Below the pieces are notes generated by a model, which saw only the letters and a list, made by a program, of their open reading frames with translations, was not told the DNA's origin and searched no databases. From the NCBI GenBank assembly GCA_964016885.1, contig OZ024742.1, positions 75,702,001-75,766,000 on the forward strand: DNA of 64,000 nucleotides. The letters are read 5' to 3'. Both the position numbers and the translations under genes were made by a program. Shown one piece after another: positions 24,628 through 39,852 of this stretch. The stretch is from Eledone cirrhosa. Taxonomy: Eukaryota. Every line of letters begins with the position of its first letter. Within the stretch, counting starts at the first letter, position 1.

Positions 24628-26894
24628 ATATATATATATTTATTTATATATGTGTGTGCCAGTGTTTTTATATGTGAATATGATCACGGATTACCTTAAC
24701 ACGTAAACAAAAGACGCAGAGCACCCTGGTAACCTGCATTCATATACCCCGTTAAACCACATCGCGACCTGCATTTTCTGCTAAATAATCATGGACCGTA
24801 CTTGCCACAAAATAGGGAATACATACTTTATCAAGCTGCAACTCTCATATTAAACCTATTTCTGTATAATGAAATTGTTATAATCTGCAGCAACTACGAC
24901 CACATTACGTAATAGGCCGTGCTCCATCTTCTCCTTACGTATCTCTACATCAAACGCCCCCAAACTAGCCAACGAGTCAAAATAAGTCGTAATCCATGTA
25001 TATATGTATGTATGTAAGTGCGCACCTAAATTTGCATGTGTGTATGTGTATGTATATCTATAACAGTTTGTGCATTTGGAATAGAAACACGTAACACATG
25101 CAAATAATATACCCTTTCGCTCACGTTAGATATATTTTGTAATAACCGCACAAACTATTATCTCTCATGGTGTTTTGCTATGCATCTACGAGCTGGTCGT
25201 TTATAATCTATTCCACTTGAAGCTATGAGTTTCCCAATCGTAGTTGTTATACTGAATGCTATACACCGTGCTATTATTAAAAGATAAAACAAATATCATT
25301 TTATCTGTAAATGTATGTATAGAAGTGTATGTAATGGATGTCATGAGTCTACCATGATGTAATTGTTACCGTCTCAACACCCGATCTCAGTCTCCTGCCA
25401 AACAATTGCATCTATAAAATACATAATATACAATATGAGTTTATTTGAAATGTATTTCAGTTCTGTCTACTTCTATAATATTGATTTCAACAGAATAGCG
25501 CATCGAATTTAACACTTGTTTAGTTAAGAATCTATTGAAACTACAGTTCGGTATTGGATATACAACCATGTTCAACTTATACTGCTGTTAAACCCTGAAC
25601 TAATATCTATAGTTGAGAATGAACCACATATAAGTACCTACATTCATTTCTTTTTACTAAGCCTGAGGCCGCATTGAAATGCGTAGAATCGATTCCCTAT
25701 TCATTGTAAAGCCTATTGTATTTTTTTTTGGACGGATGCGAGTAAAAGAGATGACTGTAGAGAGATGTGTATTTATGAGAAACTTCAATTATATCGACGT
25801 TTATATTAAAAGTCGGACAGATCCCTATGAAACCCAGAAAATAGGTATATACTTATTCGTGATTATATCATCACTATTTTGGCAGGGTTGGAGTATCCAT
25901 ACGTTAATGAGGTCACATAAAACAGAAACATGACCCAGATTTGACTCCCTTTCATGCATTTGAACAACATATTATTAATTATTGACATTCTCTCATCAAT
26001 TATCCATGTTTAACTAGTTTGTTAATTACAATTTACGAGAATAAATATGCCAAATATTTGCTTTTCCTGTAGCAATTTTGAATATATGAACGGAAACTTA
26101 TACTAATAATGATGCTAGGTTGAGTTCCTTGCATAAAACTCAAAGGCCAAATCAACCTAGCGCTAAATGTATTAATTAGGATGTGAATATGATAAAGCAA
26201 GGCTGTGTTGTTAAGTCTGAACTCGCTAATAGCAAATCTAAGTTATGTTAAACTTTTCCGAATGGCAGCTAACGCCATATGTTCTTTCTTTGACGAATGA
26301 ATTTCAGGAAATTTCAGGAAATCAATGTAGCATACACATATCTCATTTGTTTTATCACACTAAATAAGTAAAATAGGTTGATAAGTGGCTCATGTGTAAG
26401 CTGAAAGGGTTTCATTATTCCTATATACCTGTTGGAGCAAGACCAACCTTTTAATTGTTTAAGACATTGTATGAGCTTTATAAGTTTTCAATGTCATTTT
26501 CTAAGCTTTTCAAATAAAGTTAATTAGTTTGAACCTTGTTAATATCCTGCGAAATTAGCTAGGTTAGCCCTTATACACTTTCATATTGCTCATATATATG
26601 AACATTTCCAGCTGGTGTTTTCTATATGCTATATGGAAATGAGAATGTTCAGGAAATTTTCATCACGCGAAATCTATAGACTCTAGACTATTTCTGTGTC
26701 AGTACCGATTGAGTGAATGTCACTCATGAAAGTTATCGAAACTTAAAACAGCACCGTCACACATTCTCGACTAATACTTTCATTCTAGGACCTGTTCACA
26801 GAATAAAAGACACACATTTTTTTGTTTTGTTACGGAGAATATAACTTTTGTTTTCATAGTGAGTCTATCTCATGTATATTATATATAAATATCC

Positions 26895-26998
26895 CACCGA
26901 GGTTAACTTAGCCTTTAATCCTTACGGGGTCGCTAAAATAAAGTACCAGTAATACACAGGGATAATTGCTGGCCTTGTGCTTAAAGTAGAAATAATTA
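26895..26998 (+). mobile_element. 5'-truncated tRNA-derived SINE
   Basis: ccgaggttaacttagcctttaatccttacggggtcg...gctggccttgtgc..agtagaaataatta. Confidence 0.85.
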
Positions 26999-27086
26999 CA
27001 TATAAATAACGTATATTCTTTCATATACAGCTATATAATGCTGAAAACCTGTCTTAGCGCTACTGTGAATGTATATATATATATAA

Positions 27087-27326
27087 TTATGTAATAAACA
27101 ATATAAGGCAATTATTCCATTTACCAGTGGTTTCTTAAAAGTAAAAAATCTTGCTTTCAATCATCAGAACGAAAAAATTCTGGTCTGTTTATTGATATTG
27201 GTTTTTAAAATCCAATATCAATAAACAGACCAGGATTTTTTCGTTCTGATGATTGAAAGCAAGATTTTTTGCTTTTAAGAAACCACTGGTAAATGGAATA
27301 ATTGCCTTATGTTGTTTATTACATAA
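27087..27326. repeat. 240-bp near-perfect palindrome carrying two hammerheads
   Basis: Arms are reverse complements with few mismatches, centred at ~27206. Confidence 0.95.
27242..27295 (+). ncRNA. Type I hammerhead ribozyme (mirror copy on minus strand at 27118-27171)
   Basis: cgtt CTGATGA ttgaaagcaa gatttt ttgcttttaa GAAAC cactg GTA aatg; 10-bp stem II. Confidence 0.85.
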
Positions 27327-27388
27327 CTATTAAGCTCTGTTACCTACATAGAGCACTCTTTTTTCCTGGACTTTTCCGACGGAATTAC

Positions 27389-27457
<69 letters not shown>

Positions 27458-30400
27458 GAAAAAAACGAGGAAGTTTCGTTTACATATGAAACATATTTAT
27501 TGCGTATCTAGCTGTAACGCGCGTTTCACAGAGGATTGGCTCAAGGTGACCCATAGGAGTTATGGACCCGACTCCAATATCGATCTGCCCATTATACTGG
27601 TGATGCGACGTAACAGGTCGATACACAATAAATAGTTTTCATATGTAAACGAAACTTACTCGTTGTTTCTATTATATACACTCTGCCTGTGAATAGAGTT
27701 GGTTTGGACCCAACGTCAGTATTTCATCGTTCTACCTACAATATATATATATATTTACAATTATTCACTTGTAATGATCAGTTCAAGAAGTAGTCAATTC
27801 ACTTGAGGAGTCCTTTGAAAAGACGGTAGCCTCACAGCCCAGGTGCACTTTTTGGTGCCCCATTGATGCTGCAAACCAGTCGGGAGAAAAGATAGGTATG
27901 TTTTCTCTATTCTTTCCCCACATTTACAATTAGTCAAGACGGGACACCACACACATATATATTTATACATATGTATCTGTGTGTGTGTATCGTATCAATA
28001 TTGAATATTTTTCGCTCCTATCCGATGATTCGTTTCTGTATTATATATATATATAGTGGCAGTAGCATTAAGGTAGCGTTAAGCAGTGTAGGATTGTATA
28101 TGAAAGCATATGTTATACAATAAACATATGAGAAACTCGCTATCAAAGACAAAGTATTTTTCTTTACGAAAATATATTTTTCCCTCTTGATCTGTGCGTA
28201 ATAGTCGTGAATGCCTCATATTGCTGATTTTGTTAATTTCTCATCAGTGACTTCACACAACCGCTACTGACATGAAACTAGACTAGTGTCCATATAGATT
28301 TTGCCTGATGTATATTTGCTGGATATGCTCGATTGCATATAGTGTGAATTTGGGGAAACATAATTGGAAAGTAATTCCTTTGAGACGTGTCTACATTAAC
28401 GTAACCCTTAAAAACATTAATTTAACCATCAAACAATGTTAATAACGATTATTCCTAATTAAGATGTATATTTGTACTAAAATCTCTATATACTTATTAA
28501 CTATGGTGCTATCAATATATTCTCTAATCCATAAGCCTATTTCCCTAATTAGTTGAGACTTCTGGTGTCCTAGGACCTCGGATCACTTCCCTACTTACTG
28601 CCATCGGTACGTAGTTGGCTACCCGCAGGTGTGAGCCTCACAAACTGGAATGGCTCTTCCAACGTGTCTACTTCACCATCCTTCTATATTGTGTCCGGTG
28701 GGGCCTCAGGGTGGCCAGCACGCGGTCGCCTTTTGCTCATAATAGTGAGAGATGGGGAGAGCTAGAGAGACGGAGGCAGTGACTATACCAGCATTCTCTA
28801 GAGTTAAACATTATAGTAATTATTATAATATATATCTGCCACGTAAAAAAAAAAAATTGGCATACTAAAACCTGTTACGTTTAAATTGGTCAAGTAATAT
28901 CTTTTTATTTGCTTGAATTTGTAACGTTGATTCATGAATCGTATTTCATTGAACAAACCATCGTTGATCGAAAATTGAAGCAAAATAGGAATAGAGAAAG
29001 TTTGAGATTGAGGAATTTTGTATTAAATTTGGGAGCACAAATTGCTTCCTTCAATCTGTCTACTTCTTCCCGGGTCGGTTCTATATATTATTTTCTCCAC
29101 AAATAGTCTTATGATGTCGTAGTGTTTAAGCTTCTCTTAATCACCAATTTAAGTATGCCGTCACTTAATCAATGTGAGGGAGGATTGTTTCGCAGACCAG
29201 TTCATTTGTGATGATGAAATCTATGAATAAGACATATGATGCCTTAAGATAATACATATCATAGATCATAAGGTAAAGCCATGAATTAGATATATACATC
29301 TACATTTCAGTCTACACACTGATGGTTCATTCTTTCGCAATACGATATATAGTCAAGTTTCTCCCACCTATCTTTGTCTCTCACTCACTCTCATATATAT
29401 ACATATATATAACAGATAACAGAGAGAGGGAGAGAGGGGGGGGGGGGGCACAGAGGGAGAGAGTGAGAGGGGAAGAGGGTGTGTGTGTGTGTATAGAATT
29501 AGGAGAATTACGGTGAACAGGCTCCTACCTGAAGACTATGTGACTTGCTGGTGTGTTAGCATGCTTGTATGCGTTCTGATCTCACGGCATTCTTTAGATT
29601 TGATCATTCTCTGCTTGGAAAATCTAATACAAGTGTTGCCATGAGCCCACGTCACTCCGCACACACACACACACACATAATATGTACATATACATATGCA
29701 TACATACATATATACACACACATATATATGTGTGTGTGTATATATATATATATATAAGAGAGGGAGAGAGAGAGGGAAAAGGAGAGGAGGAGAGAGAGTG
29801 GGAAAGAGATGCATGAGTGCACCACATATATTTTCATATCAACTCAACTCTTTAGATACCCAGTGTTTTATCTCATTACACTGCAGTCTTTCTTAGAAAT
29901 GTCTCTAACATTTATTTCGTTATTAAATTTATTCACTATATTTTGTACATAGAAATGCATAGTTTTGATGAAATTTCATAAACACCAATACAATAAGATC
30001 ATCTTGATGTTAACATTTCTTTCGTATCAACAAAAATATTTATATGACCCGCTTATCTTTCATACAATACATTCAATCTAGGATATATATATTTTAACAT
30101 TTTTCTGAAGTAAGCATATTTTTTAATTCGATGAAGCAACAAATGAGGTTTTCAAGCAATTCACACACACCCCTGCAGATTAGAAAAATATATCTTAGAA
30201 TTGATTTGTGTTCTAAGTACATTTTTTAAGTTTTACCCTTGAGATAGATCAATTCGTGACATATATAGTTTTACACATATAATGTTATAATCTGAATCAT
30301 GAGAAAAATTATGATATTGTGAAAAGAATTTCTTTTTAATATCCTTTGGTATTTTACCATGAACATTCTCAAGAATCTCTATAAAATCTGATTAATCTCA

Positions 30401-33400
30401 TAGCTGTCAGTACAATGCAAGTCTACTGAGGATTCAGCAATAAAATAATACCTCAAAATATTAAAATATAAAATTGTCATTTTTTATGTTTCACTATCAA
30501 TTTTGATATTCATTAGATAGAATAATAGAAGAAAATATGAAAATAAATAAAGAAGTGAACAGTTTTACCTTTAAAGAACAGGCCAAAAGCTTTTGTTGAA
30601 AGAAATTGTTAGAAAATAAATGGCATTGAAACATCTTTTCAAAGAAATAGAAAATATATTGATAACCCATTTGCTAAACGTCAATGTGGAGGGTGCTATC
30701 TTGAATATGGTTTACATAACCACTACACGTAACTTATCTGTGCTTATTGTTTGATATCAAAACATGCTGCAGATCATCGATGTAGACCATATATATCTCT
30801 TACAAGTTTCATATCTTTATATACATATATTTGACTAAACGTATAGCAGTATTCTATTGACATGGTGTCTCCGTAGAAGCTATTGTTTTATATTCAGTGG
30901 AATCAAGAGTCAGCCTTAATAGAATTACGTTTACTTTATTCCCTAAATGTATGTAAAACATCTGCAGTTATGTTAAATTAACCATTCAACTAAATGTATT
31001 GAACATATATATTCAGCCTGTAAGCTTATCAAGAGGTGCCAATATTGGTGTTAGACTCAATTAATCTGCCAGTGTCCCTATCACCTTGCCTAATGGGTGT
31101 CTTTAGCTGTTTCTACTGTATCGCATGCAGCTAGACTATCACTCAATTCTGAATGTATCAAGATTATCCCTCATTAAACTATAGCTCTAGAGGTCATGCA
31201 TATAAGTCTCGAGCGATATAGTTCCACCTCTGATTACGGTATGAAACAAATATCCAATTCAGATTGCCGATTGAACTAATTTAAATATATAAGGCCGGGA
31301 TTAAATGCTACAGCAATACAATGGGTTTAATGAAAATAAGCAAATAATCACGATCATTCATTTAAAAAAATGAAGATAAGTTTAAAAGTAATGTTGCAAT
31401 TTCAACATGGTTGCATCCAAATATATTGTAGTACACTCTAAATTTATTCCGATTCAAGATTGCAAAGTACTATTTATTGCTATCAAATCTTAAGATCAAA
31501 CACATTCAGATTAATTTCACAATGAACTTAGAAAACATCACCAATAATGTTTCAGGATAATTTACTGCAAAACAAAATTCTTCTTACTACATTACCTAAA
31601 CCCAATGAAATTATTTTTACAGCAAGAAATCAGACTTTGTAGCAAATTGAGATTTTGTTTTTTATAGTTCTCTTTTAACCAACAATTATTTTATTGGAGC
31701 CATTAAATGAAACCAGAAAGATTGAATTAGTGAAGTCATCTGTAAGATGTTATTCGTCTTCTATTTAATAGTGCTTTTAAACATTTTACATACCAGTATA
31801 TACTTTTTAATTCCTATAGTTTTTTAAATTTATTTCATGATGGCGCCGTTGCCTGATCTAAATATGACTATATACACAAAACAACTAAAGAATTAAATAG
31901 GTTTCAACTTGTTAAGCAATTAAGAAAGTCTTAATGTTTATCAAATTGTAGTTGCAAATTAATATTTGTATAGTATATAAAATTACAGGATATAACACCG
32001 TCAATGTTTTTTAAGCAAGGTTTTTAATGACTTTTAATTAAGTAATATAAAATGATATAACATAAATCAAATAAGTCTCATAATTTCAAAGTTTATTTTG
32101 AATGATATGATTCAATTACATTTTAATTGTTAGTAATCTAGCCATCCAGTATACTGGCCGCATCTGATTGCATTAGACTTATACAATATACAATTATGAA
32201 TTAAGTGTATATCCTTTCATCAATCCCATTCGTGTTTATAACAATGAAAGCATTTAGACCATGTATTTTAAACTAAAGTCTATTTCATTCATTCAGACCC
32301 CCCAAAAAAGGCTTTCAAATGTATCATGGAAATCACAATGCCATGTCTTTCTGATACAACCAGCTGTTATTATAGTATTTATTGCCTGGATAGCCATATT
32401 TCGTACGGTACACTGTGATAGGGTCAGTCAATGTGTTACTAAAAACAGAAAGAAAAGCTGTGTAATAATAACGTATGAAATAAAAACTCAATGTTACAGA
32501 TTAGATTTCCTCCGGGGTTAAATAATGTTTCTGGTTATGTCTGGTTATGTTATCTAATTTAAAATTAGTTGATATAGCTATTCAAAATAGTACCAGATAT
32601 ATACGCTCCTATAGAAAGAAAAAAAGATCGTGCAGATAATGATATATATAAAGGAAACGTGTAAAAACAGTTTTGTTTATACATAATCATATTGAGTTTC
32701 AAATAATTTAATCTACTGCTGCTTTAAACGGCGACATCTACCATATCTTCACTGCACCATTGTGTAGATGAATGAAATGCAGCTAACTGAAATATTAATT
32801 CTTCGAAACTACATATAGCAGAACTAAGTACATATCAGTTTTGTAAGCAGTTGTAGTACCTTAAGATATAGGAGGAATTTATTGTTATCAGCAATAAGCT
32901 GAAAGCTTTCAATGGAACTTAGCTTTCAAATGTATCGGTTTCACCGGCTTAATTTTTATTTTATAATATACAGCGAAGAATTCTGAACGCTTGATCCGAT
33001 ATTACCCTCAGTAAAATCCTCTTAAAATGAATAAAACAACTGGAGAAAATAATCCTGAGTCGAATGTGACATGAGAGAAGATGGTGTGTCAAATTGTGTA
33101 AGGTGGTGACACAGAATTATTTTTCTCAATACACGCGAATACTGTCACTGAACGACAGATGCAACGATTCTTCACGAAACGTGTTCCGAGAAAAAGTGAA
33201 TGTTTTCCAAAAGTCATAGGAATATAACCAAACATCAATATTTACAAAACGTACATAAGACTTTATGAGTCTATCGAAATAATAATGACAACGACAGTAA
33301 AAGTGTGAAGTGTAGATATTATCTTGTTTCTCAAAGCAAGGGTTCACACTTGATACAATTAATATAACACATCAAATCAGTCACAGAAAATAACCTTTTT

Positions 33401-36271
33401 AGAAGTAATAAAAACATCAACGATTTAAAACACCGGTATGCACTGAGCGATTTTCTATATTATACGGCATTGCCTTAAACCCAATGGCTAAAACAAATTA
33501 AAGAACGAAACAAGAAAGACATAATGTTTGGCTAGCAATAAGTCAACAAACATTTTACAAATTCAATGCACATCACTACGTATATCTACTTGGAATTAGA
33601 CTCAGATTAAACAGGCCATATAAAAAAACGAGGCCACTAAATCACACATGATATTTAATATAATTTAAGTAGATACCACAAATAAGAGTGTAAACTAATA
33701 TGCGATGAGGCATCATTAAAATGCGAGATTTCAACATAGATGTAACCAGAACGAAGCATATTATATAATAGACATATATGTATATATTACCATTTGGCGA
33801 ACTACATATCCCGCCAGCTTACTTACCTTGACTACATAACTTTAATTATCTCTGAAATACTATTGCTGGGGTTGAATTTAACGCACTCAATACGCAATTG
33901 CTTTCAAATAGTAGAGATAATACCACCGGTAATATAATGTATTATATTACCCACGACAACACAATACCATTTTCAACTCGAGCAAGCCAAATCAAGCAAT
34001 GCACAATCACTAAGACAGTTTGAAAAAACTATTCCTAACGAAATCATTTTCTGCCCCATACACCTAGCTAGAAGGCCAAATCTTTTCAACAACCTGGCAA
34101 TTATAGTTGCGAGACATTAACACGTTGATTAAAGAGCCAAATGTTTTTATAAACTTCCCATAAACCCCACGGGCCCGATATTTTCAAGACATAACTATAG
34201 CCGATACTATGATAAGAAATATAAACATATACATTACACTCATCCAACACAATACTTGTAGATCCATGTTCTCATGAGATATTCTTGCAATTTAGCAATT
34301 AATACGAAATCTCTTCCGATGTAGCCATATCCAAAGCATCTCTGGATATCAATGATAATACATAATTATCAGACGTCTTTGAAGTAAACTACAGCAACGA
34401 ACACTTAAACAAGGAAATAATAAAGAAATCAAAACAATAGACATTTTGCAATCACATGTATTCAATGTACCTAGCAATAAAAACAGTAAGATAATATATA
34501 GAGAAATTTGAAACATTTCGAAAGAAGAACGGTTACACCACATCCACTATCATAAAACTGCCTCAAATTTCACATGAGTGTACCCCATTCCCCACCGTAG
34601 ATGGCACACACATATACACACATACACACAAAACATACACACACACCCCAATCCCAAAAGTCTTAACATGACATTCCACAAACAATTATCCAAAAAACGA
34701 AATACATTCGCACTGTTCCTTTCATCAACGACTGTGACCTTTTGATTCGAGTACACGCATGAAATGAAAGCTGATGTGTAGAAGCTGAAAAACGCTTAGA
34801 CCAGAATAATTCACGTAATTCAACTGATGAATGAATCACTTCACGTACTATTACCACTAAATGTTCCACCAGCGTAAATGGTTTGACCATATCACTTCAA
34901 TTATCTCTGAAATACTATTAATCGCGGTGAATGTAATGCACTCAATGGCAATTGCTTTTAATTAGCAGAAAAGAAAAAAACAGATACTGGAAGATAGGTA
35001 AATACTAAAGTAAAACGAAAGATAAATAATAACATGCTGATGTACCAACACAACATTGAGGAAAAGGTTAAATCTTGAAATTATGAAACCCTACGTCTCC
35101 ATCTCTGAATCAAAACACGGACCCAGGGCACCAACTCAAACACATATCACTCACAAACATATCTCAGAAAATACACCCAGTCTTTAAAAGTAAACACAAT
35201 CCTCCCACCTGAATACTTTTAAATATCATTGACATTACCATTGTTTTCAAACCTTTGTCCTGCTGTCACATACAATCATTTACTCTAGAAAATAAAAACG
35301 CTGTCAGATCAGCAATAATCACACATCATGACATAAATGTGTCACTCTCCTGCCTATATGTGTGTAAATATATTGGTATATATGCCTCTCCCTCTCTCTC
35401 CCCCTCACTCTCTATCTCTCTCTATCTATCTATATATATATATATTCACAAACATGTTCTTACTGACATGCAGATTAGCAGGAGGGGATGCTGTTAATGC
35501 ATATTAGATGATATTTGGTGTGCGTTGTATCATGGATCGACCACCTAGCTGTCTTCTGGGTTTCCTGAAAATGTTCTTGGATGTCGATAACTAGGTAACG
35601 ATAGACTAGTCGAGATCATAGTTAGGCCACACTATGAATTGTTTTTCGTCATAAACTTAAACTTAATATAAACCCATAAATCTACATACAAATTACTTAA
35701 TTTTTAAATAATTGTTTAATTTATAATTATAACTATTCAATTGTTATAACCCTTTATATCTTATTTTACACTTTATTAACGGATTATATACTAGTTATTA
35801 TTATAATTATAATTATTTACCACTGGTTTCCTCATTTTTATAATTATCGCAAACTATATAGTTTTTATAAGACTATACCGTGTAAGAATGTTACCAACAC
35901 ACCACGCTTGTTTTCAGCCAGCGACTATCACGGTTATCAGACGGTTAGCAGACTTTATCACCATACTTTGTTAAACGCAGCAAACAATTTGGTTCTGAAT
36001 GGCTTTATGAATGATCACACGTACGGACTCACAATGCATAACATTGTCCAATTGTGTGACCTACGAAGGCGGTCTCTCACGATAGAGGATTCCCGCAACA
36101 ATTCTACGTTTATATTTTAATCCAGTAATTGTTTATTTAACCCTTAAATCTCTTATGTGAATTGTACCTGAAGACGTCGACACATGTCTTACGAGTTCAT
36201 CATTATCTGATGTCGAGATCTGTCGATCATAATTGTGCAACATTAAAAGAATATTTGGAATCCAACTCTCT

Positions 36272-36323
<52 letters not shown>

Positions 36324-36450
36324 GATTGGTGCTCTAATTTTTAATTTTTGCTGGACCGGCAATCGCTCTGTATAATCAGTTCCGGATTATTACTGGAATT
36401 CTATAAGAATCCAGCCTCTATAATTTTCGACAGATGTCGGCGAGTATGTT

Positions 36451-36490
36451 GCTCTGAGGAACACCAACAGTGTGAAACAGATCAGTCAGC
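36451..36490 (+). ncRNA. Minimal type I hammerhead ribozyme
   Basis: gct CTGAGGA acac caaca gtgt GAAAC agatca GTC agc. Confidence 0.8.
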
Positions 36491-36615
36491 TTCTCTCCCT
36501 TCCTTTGCTGATAAAAGAAGTAGGTGACATAGTCACTACTTTAAATTAATAGCGCAAGGTCTTCAAAATGTTTTTAATTAAACATACCATATATTACCAA
36601 ATATAATATACATAC

Positions 36616-36666
<51 letters not shown>

Positions 36667-37157
36667 AGGCCTGGAAAAAGAATATGTTATCGCAACCATG
36701 TGAACATGTCTGATCTATATTGATGTGGATAATATATGCGCTTTTATGAAGTCAGTATAATAGAACATAATATGAATAATATGGATGGAGATTATAGAAG
36801 AAATTTGTTCCTAGAAGCAGGAAAAGACAGGAATATTGATGAGCTACTTTCTGGCTAACGCAATGAATATTTCCATAGAAGTAATTGATGTAACTTCAAG
36901 AAATGTAGCAGTATGTGATATTAAGATATGAGTACCATGTCCAATTCTGACATGTATAAATATGTATATCGTAGTTATTTTATAAAACGAATTCGCAGCA
37001 GCATGCAAGAAAATATCAATCTGATACAGTTAATATATGATACCTCGTCAAATATCGGGGAGCATTCCGAATGTGTAAATTTAAACGTTAATATACACAC
37101 ACGCATACATATCTGTATGTATGATCTTTTATGAAGTTATATTATACATACATGCAT

Positions 37158-37225
<68 letters not shown>

Positions 37226-37540
37226 ATGTGTGTGTGTGTGCATGCGTGTGAAGGAGAGGGAAGAGAGATATAGATATAGATACGTAGATAGATAGATAGA
37301 GAGAGAGATAGAGAGGAGGAGTGAGCCTACTTGTGTTTGTGTGAGCGTGTTTCTTATACAACTATGTTCGGATTAAAAGTTAAAAAATCACGTTTGTGAT
37401 ATTTGAAAACCTGAATTACTTTTCCTTTTTATCTTTCCTATTTAGTTCCCGCGTTTAGACAGGAAATATACATTTCATATTAGTTGCCTTACGAATACAT
37501 AGCCGCCTCATGACATCACACCACACTGTTCAAAAGACAA

Positions 37541-37583
<43 letters not shown>

Positions 37584-38648
37584 CTGTACTACACGATGCA
37601 CATTTGGTTGTTATCATATTGTCAGTGTATCACCAGAATTTTCCACGTGGTCACTAGGGGCTTTGTTTCGCCTACCCAGAGTGATGATATGTTTTCGGAT
37701 GTGCAGAGTTTGTGCCCGGCAAACAGGTTGCGAATAATTAGAATTAATGCTTTATACACAAATAGAAAGCCGAGACAAGACACACGAATAGATGATATAC
37801 ATCCCAAATATCACGTAGGCGACTAGAGGTTATGATGGACATTAATAGGTCCATACACGACATGTTGTTTTCTACAACATAAGTATTGTCTGTCTATAAA
37901 AATGACCACATCAAAATCAAAACAACAATGTCCAGCAATGCTGCCAACGTTGTGCCCACAACAATAACTGAAAGTGCAATAACAACAGTAGTTAAAGTTA
38001 AGAAAAAATTATTTCTCGTGTCTGCAGCCTTATCAGGCCGGTGCTTTTTTCAGATTCGTCAGTGTTAAGCGACTGGAAGTACAAAACTCCCTATTGACAG
38101 GGTAGGGGCAGAAGGTACTCAATTTCAGGTGAGTTTAGTGTAACAACGTGATATTAAGTATTTTAATCTAGCACTCAAGCCTGGCGCAACTGGTACATCG
38201 AATAAAACTACCAAGTAGTGCAGTAGTAACAGCATAGAATTGCAAATATCAATTACACCGATCCTGTCACGTTCTTGACGTGAGAAGGGCGTGAAAACAA
38301 AACAAAACAAAGAAACATTGATTGTTGGATATAATAAAACAGGACAATAGAATGACTATCACAAGACTAAAGCGCCTTCAAACTAGCTAGTCACAGTAAA
38401 TAAACTAAAATAATATCACCACGAACAGGAAGAATAAAAACAATCAACCAGCAATTGCAAAAGAAAAAAAAAGCAGCAATAGTACCAAAAATGTTATGGA
38501 AATGAGAGACAGAAACACAACCAAGATAAGGAGAAATATATATATTAACTGCTTCTTCACAGTTCTTTAACTTGAGGAAGCTTAGTTAATGGTGTGTGTA
38601 ATAGAAAACAAGTATATATGCATATAAAAGCACATTTGCACACACACA

Positions 38649-38737
<89 letters not shown>

Positions 38738-39239
38738 TTATTTATTTATATATACACACATATATGCTTACACACATATATGCAAACATATATGCATATA
38801 TGTAGTCTTTTTAAGAACGTATGTATATACGCATGTATATATGTACATTTATGCCCACGAGGAGTTACCATAATGATTACTATAGGTATCCCATATAGTC
38901 TTGCACAAATAACACTTATACACATCATTTAAATGTGGTCGTTCGTGTCCGTTCAGAGATCGTCCTGTGGTCAGATTAAAATGTTTTGCAGTCCTTGTTG
39001 TTGCTTCGTTTTTATGTCCCTGTTCTGTCACTCTAGATGTTCGCATCGGCCTTCATTCCCCCTAGGTCGTTGCCTGGCACTTGCATTGTCAGAGCGCCCA
39101 ATATGATACCTTGCAATATCGCTTAGGATATTCTGGATCATACTCATATCAGGGGTTGTGGTGACAGGCATGCATATACACATATATACGATTTCAGTTT
39201 TATACGCCTGGATCTCAAATCGTTTGTGGAAAAAAGACA

Positions 39240-39600
39240 GTTGGAAAAAACGGTTTAAGTTATAATGTTTATTTTTCAAAGTGTGCTCCATCTAGGTCAA
39301 TGCACTTCTACCAGCCTTTAAGTCTATCTATGTAAAACTAAGCGTCATACGATTAAACCATGTCAAATCAGCTTTTTCTTACATCTTTAAATGGGCACCA
39401 TCTCCACTTCTAAAACGACTTATCCATTTGCAGGTTGTTGATTGCTTAGGGGGCATTGAGCCTATAATCTTGCTTCAGAGCGTCAATGATTTGGCTGTTC
39501 TTCCACCCTAGCTTCACCATTAATTTTGTTTTAATGGAGGACATGTTGCTCCAGCGGGTGCTGACTTCCGACAGGCGGTGCCACTTTGCAACATACATTT
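39240..39600 (-). mobile_element. Internally deleted mariner relic
   Basis: Minus strand reads NAPKQSTTCKWISRFRSGD (mariner HTH), joined to a C-terminal stretch resembling 'W.KCID'. Confidence 0.55.
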
Positions 39601-39780
39601 AGGGGCTAATGTTAGAATATATTATGACAGGGCAGTAGGAGAACATACGAGTCTATTAAGATCAAAATGTTGAGCTCAGCCGTCGGGCTCTTACTTACTC
39701 CTATTACCCACTCTGCTACCCTAAGTATTGAGTACTTTGGTGCGTTATGGTCAACCTGGTTCCTTACCACTTTTCATTCG

Positions 39781-39852
<72 letters not shown>

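Noticed and set aside
28560-28800. GC-richer island that could be an exon or a LINE 5' end
   Set aside because: No convincing ORF, splice sites or second copy in the window, so it cannot be assigned.
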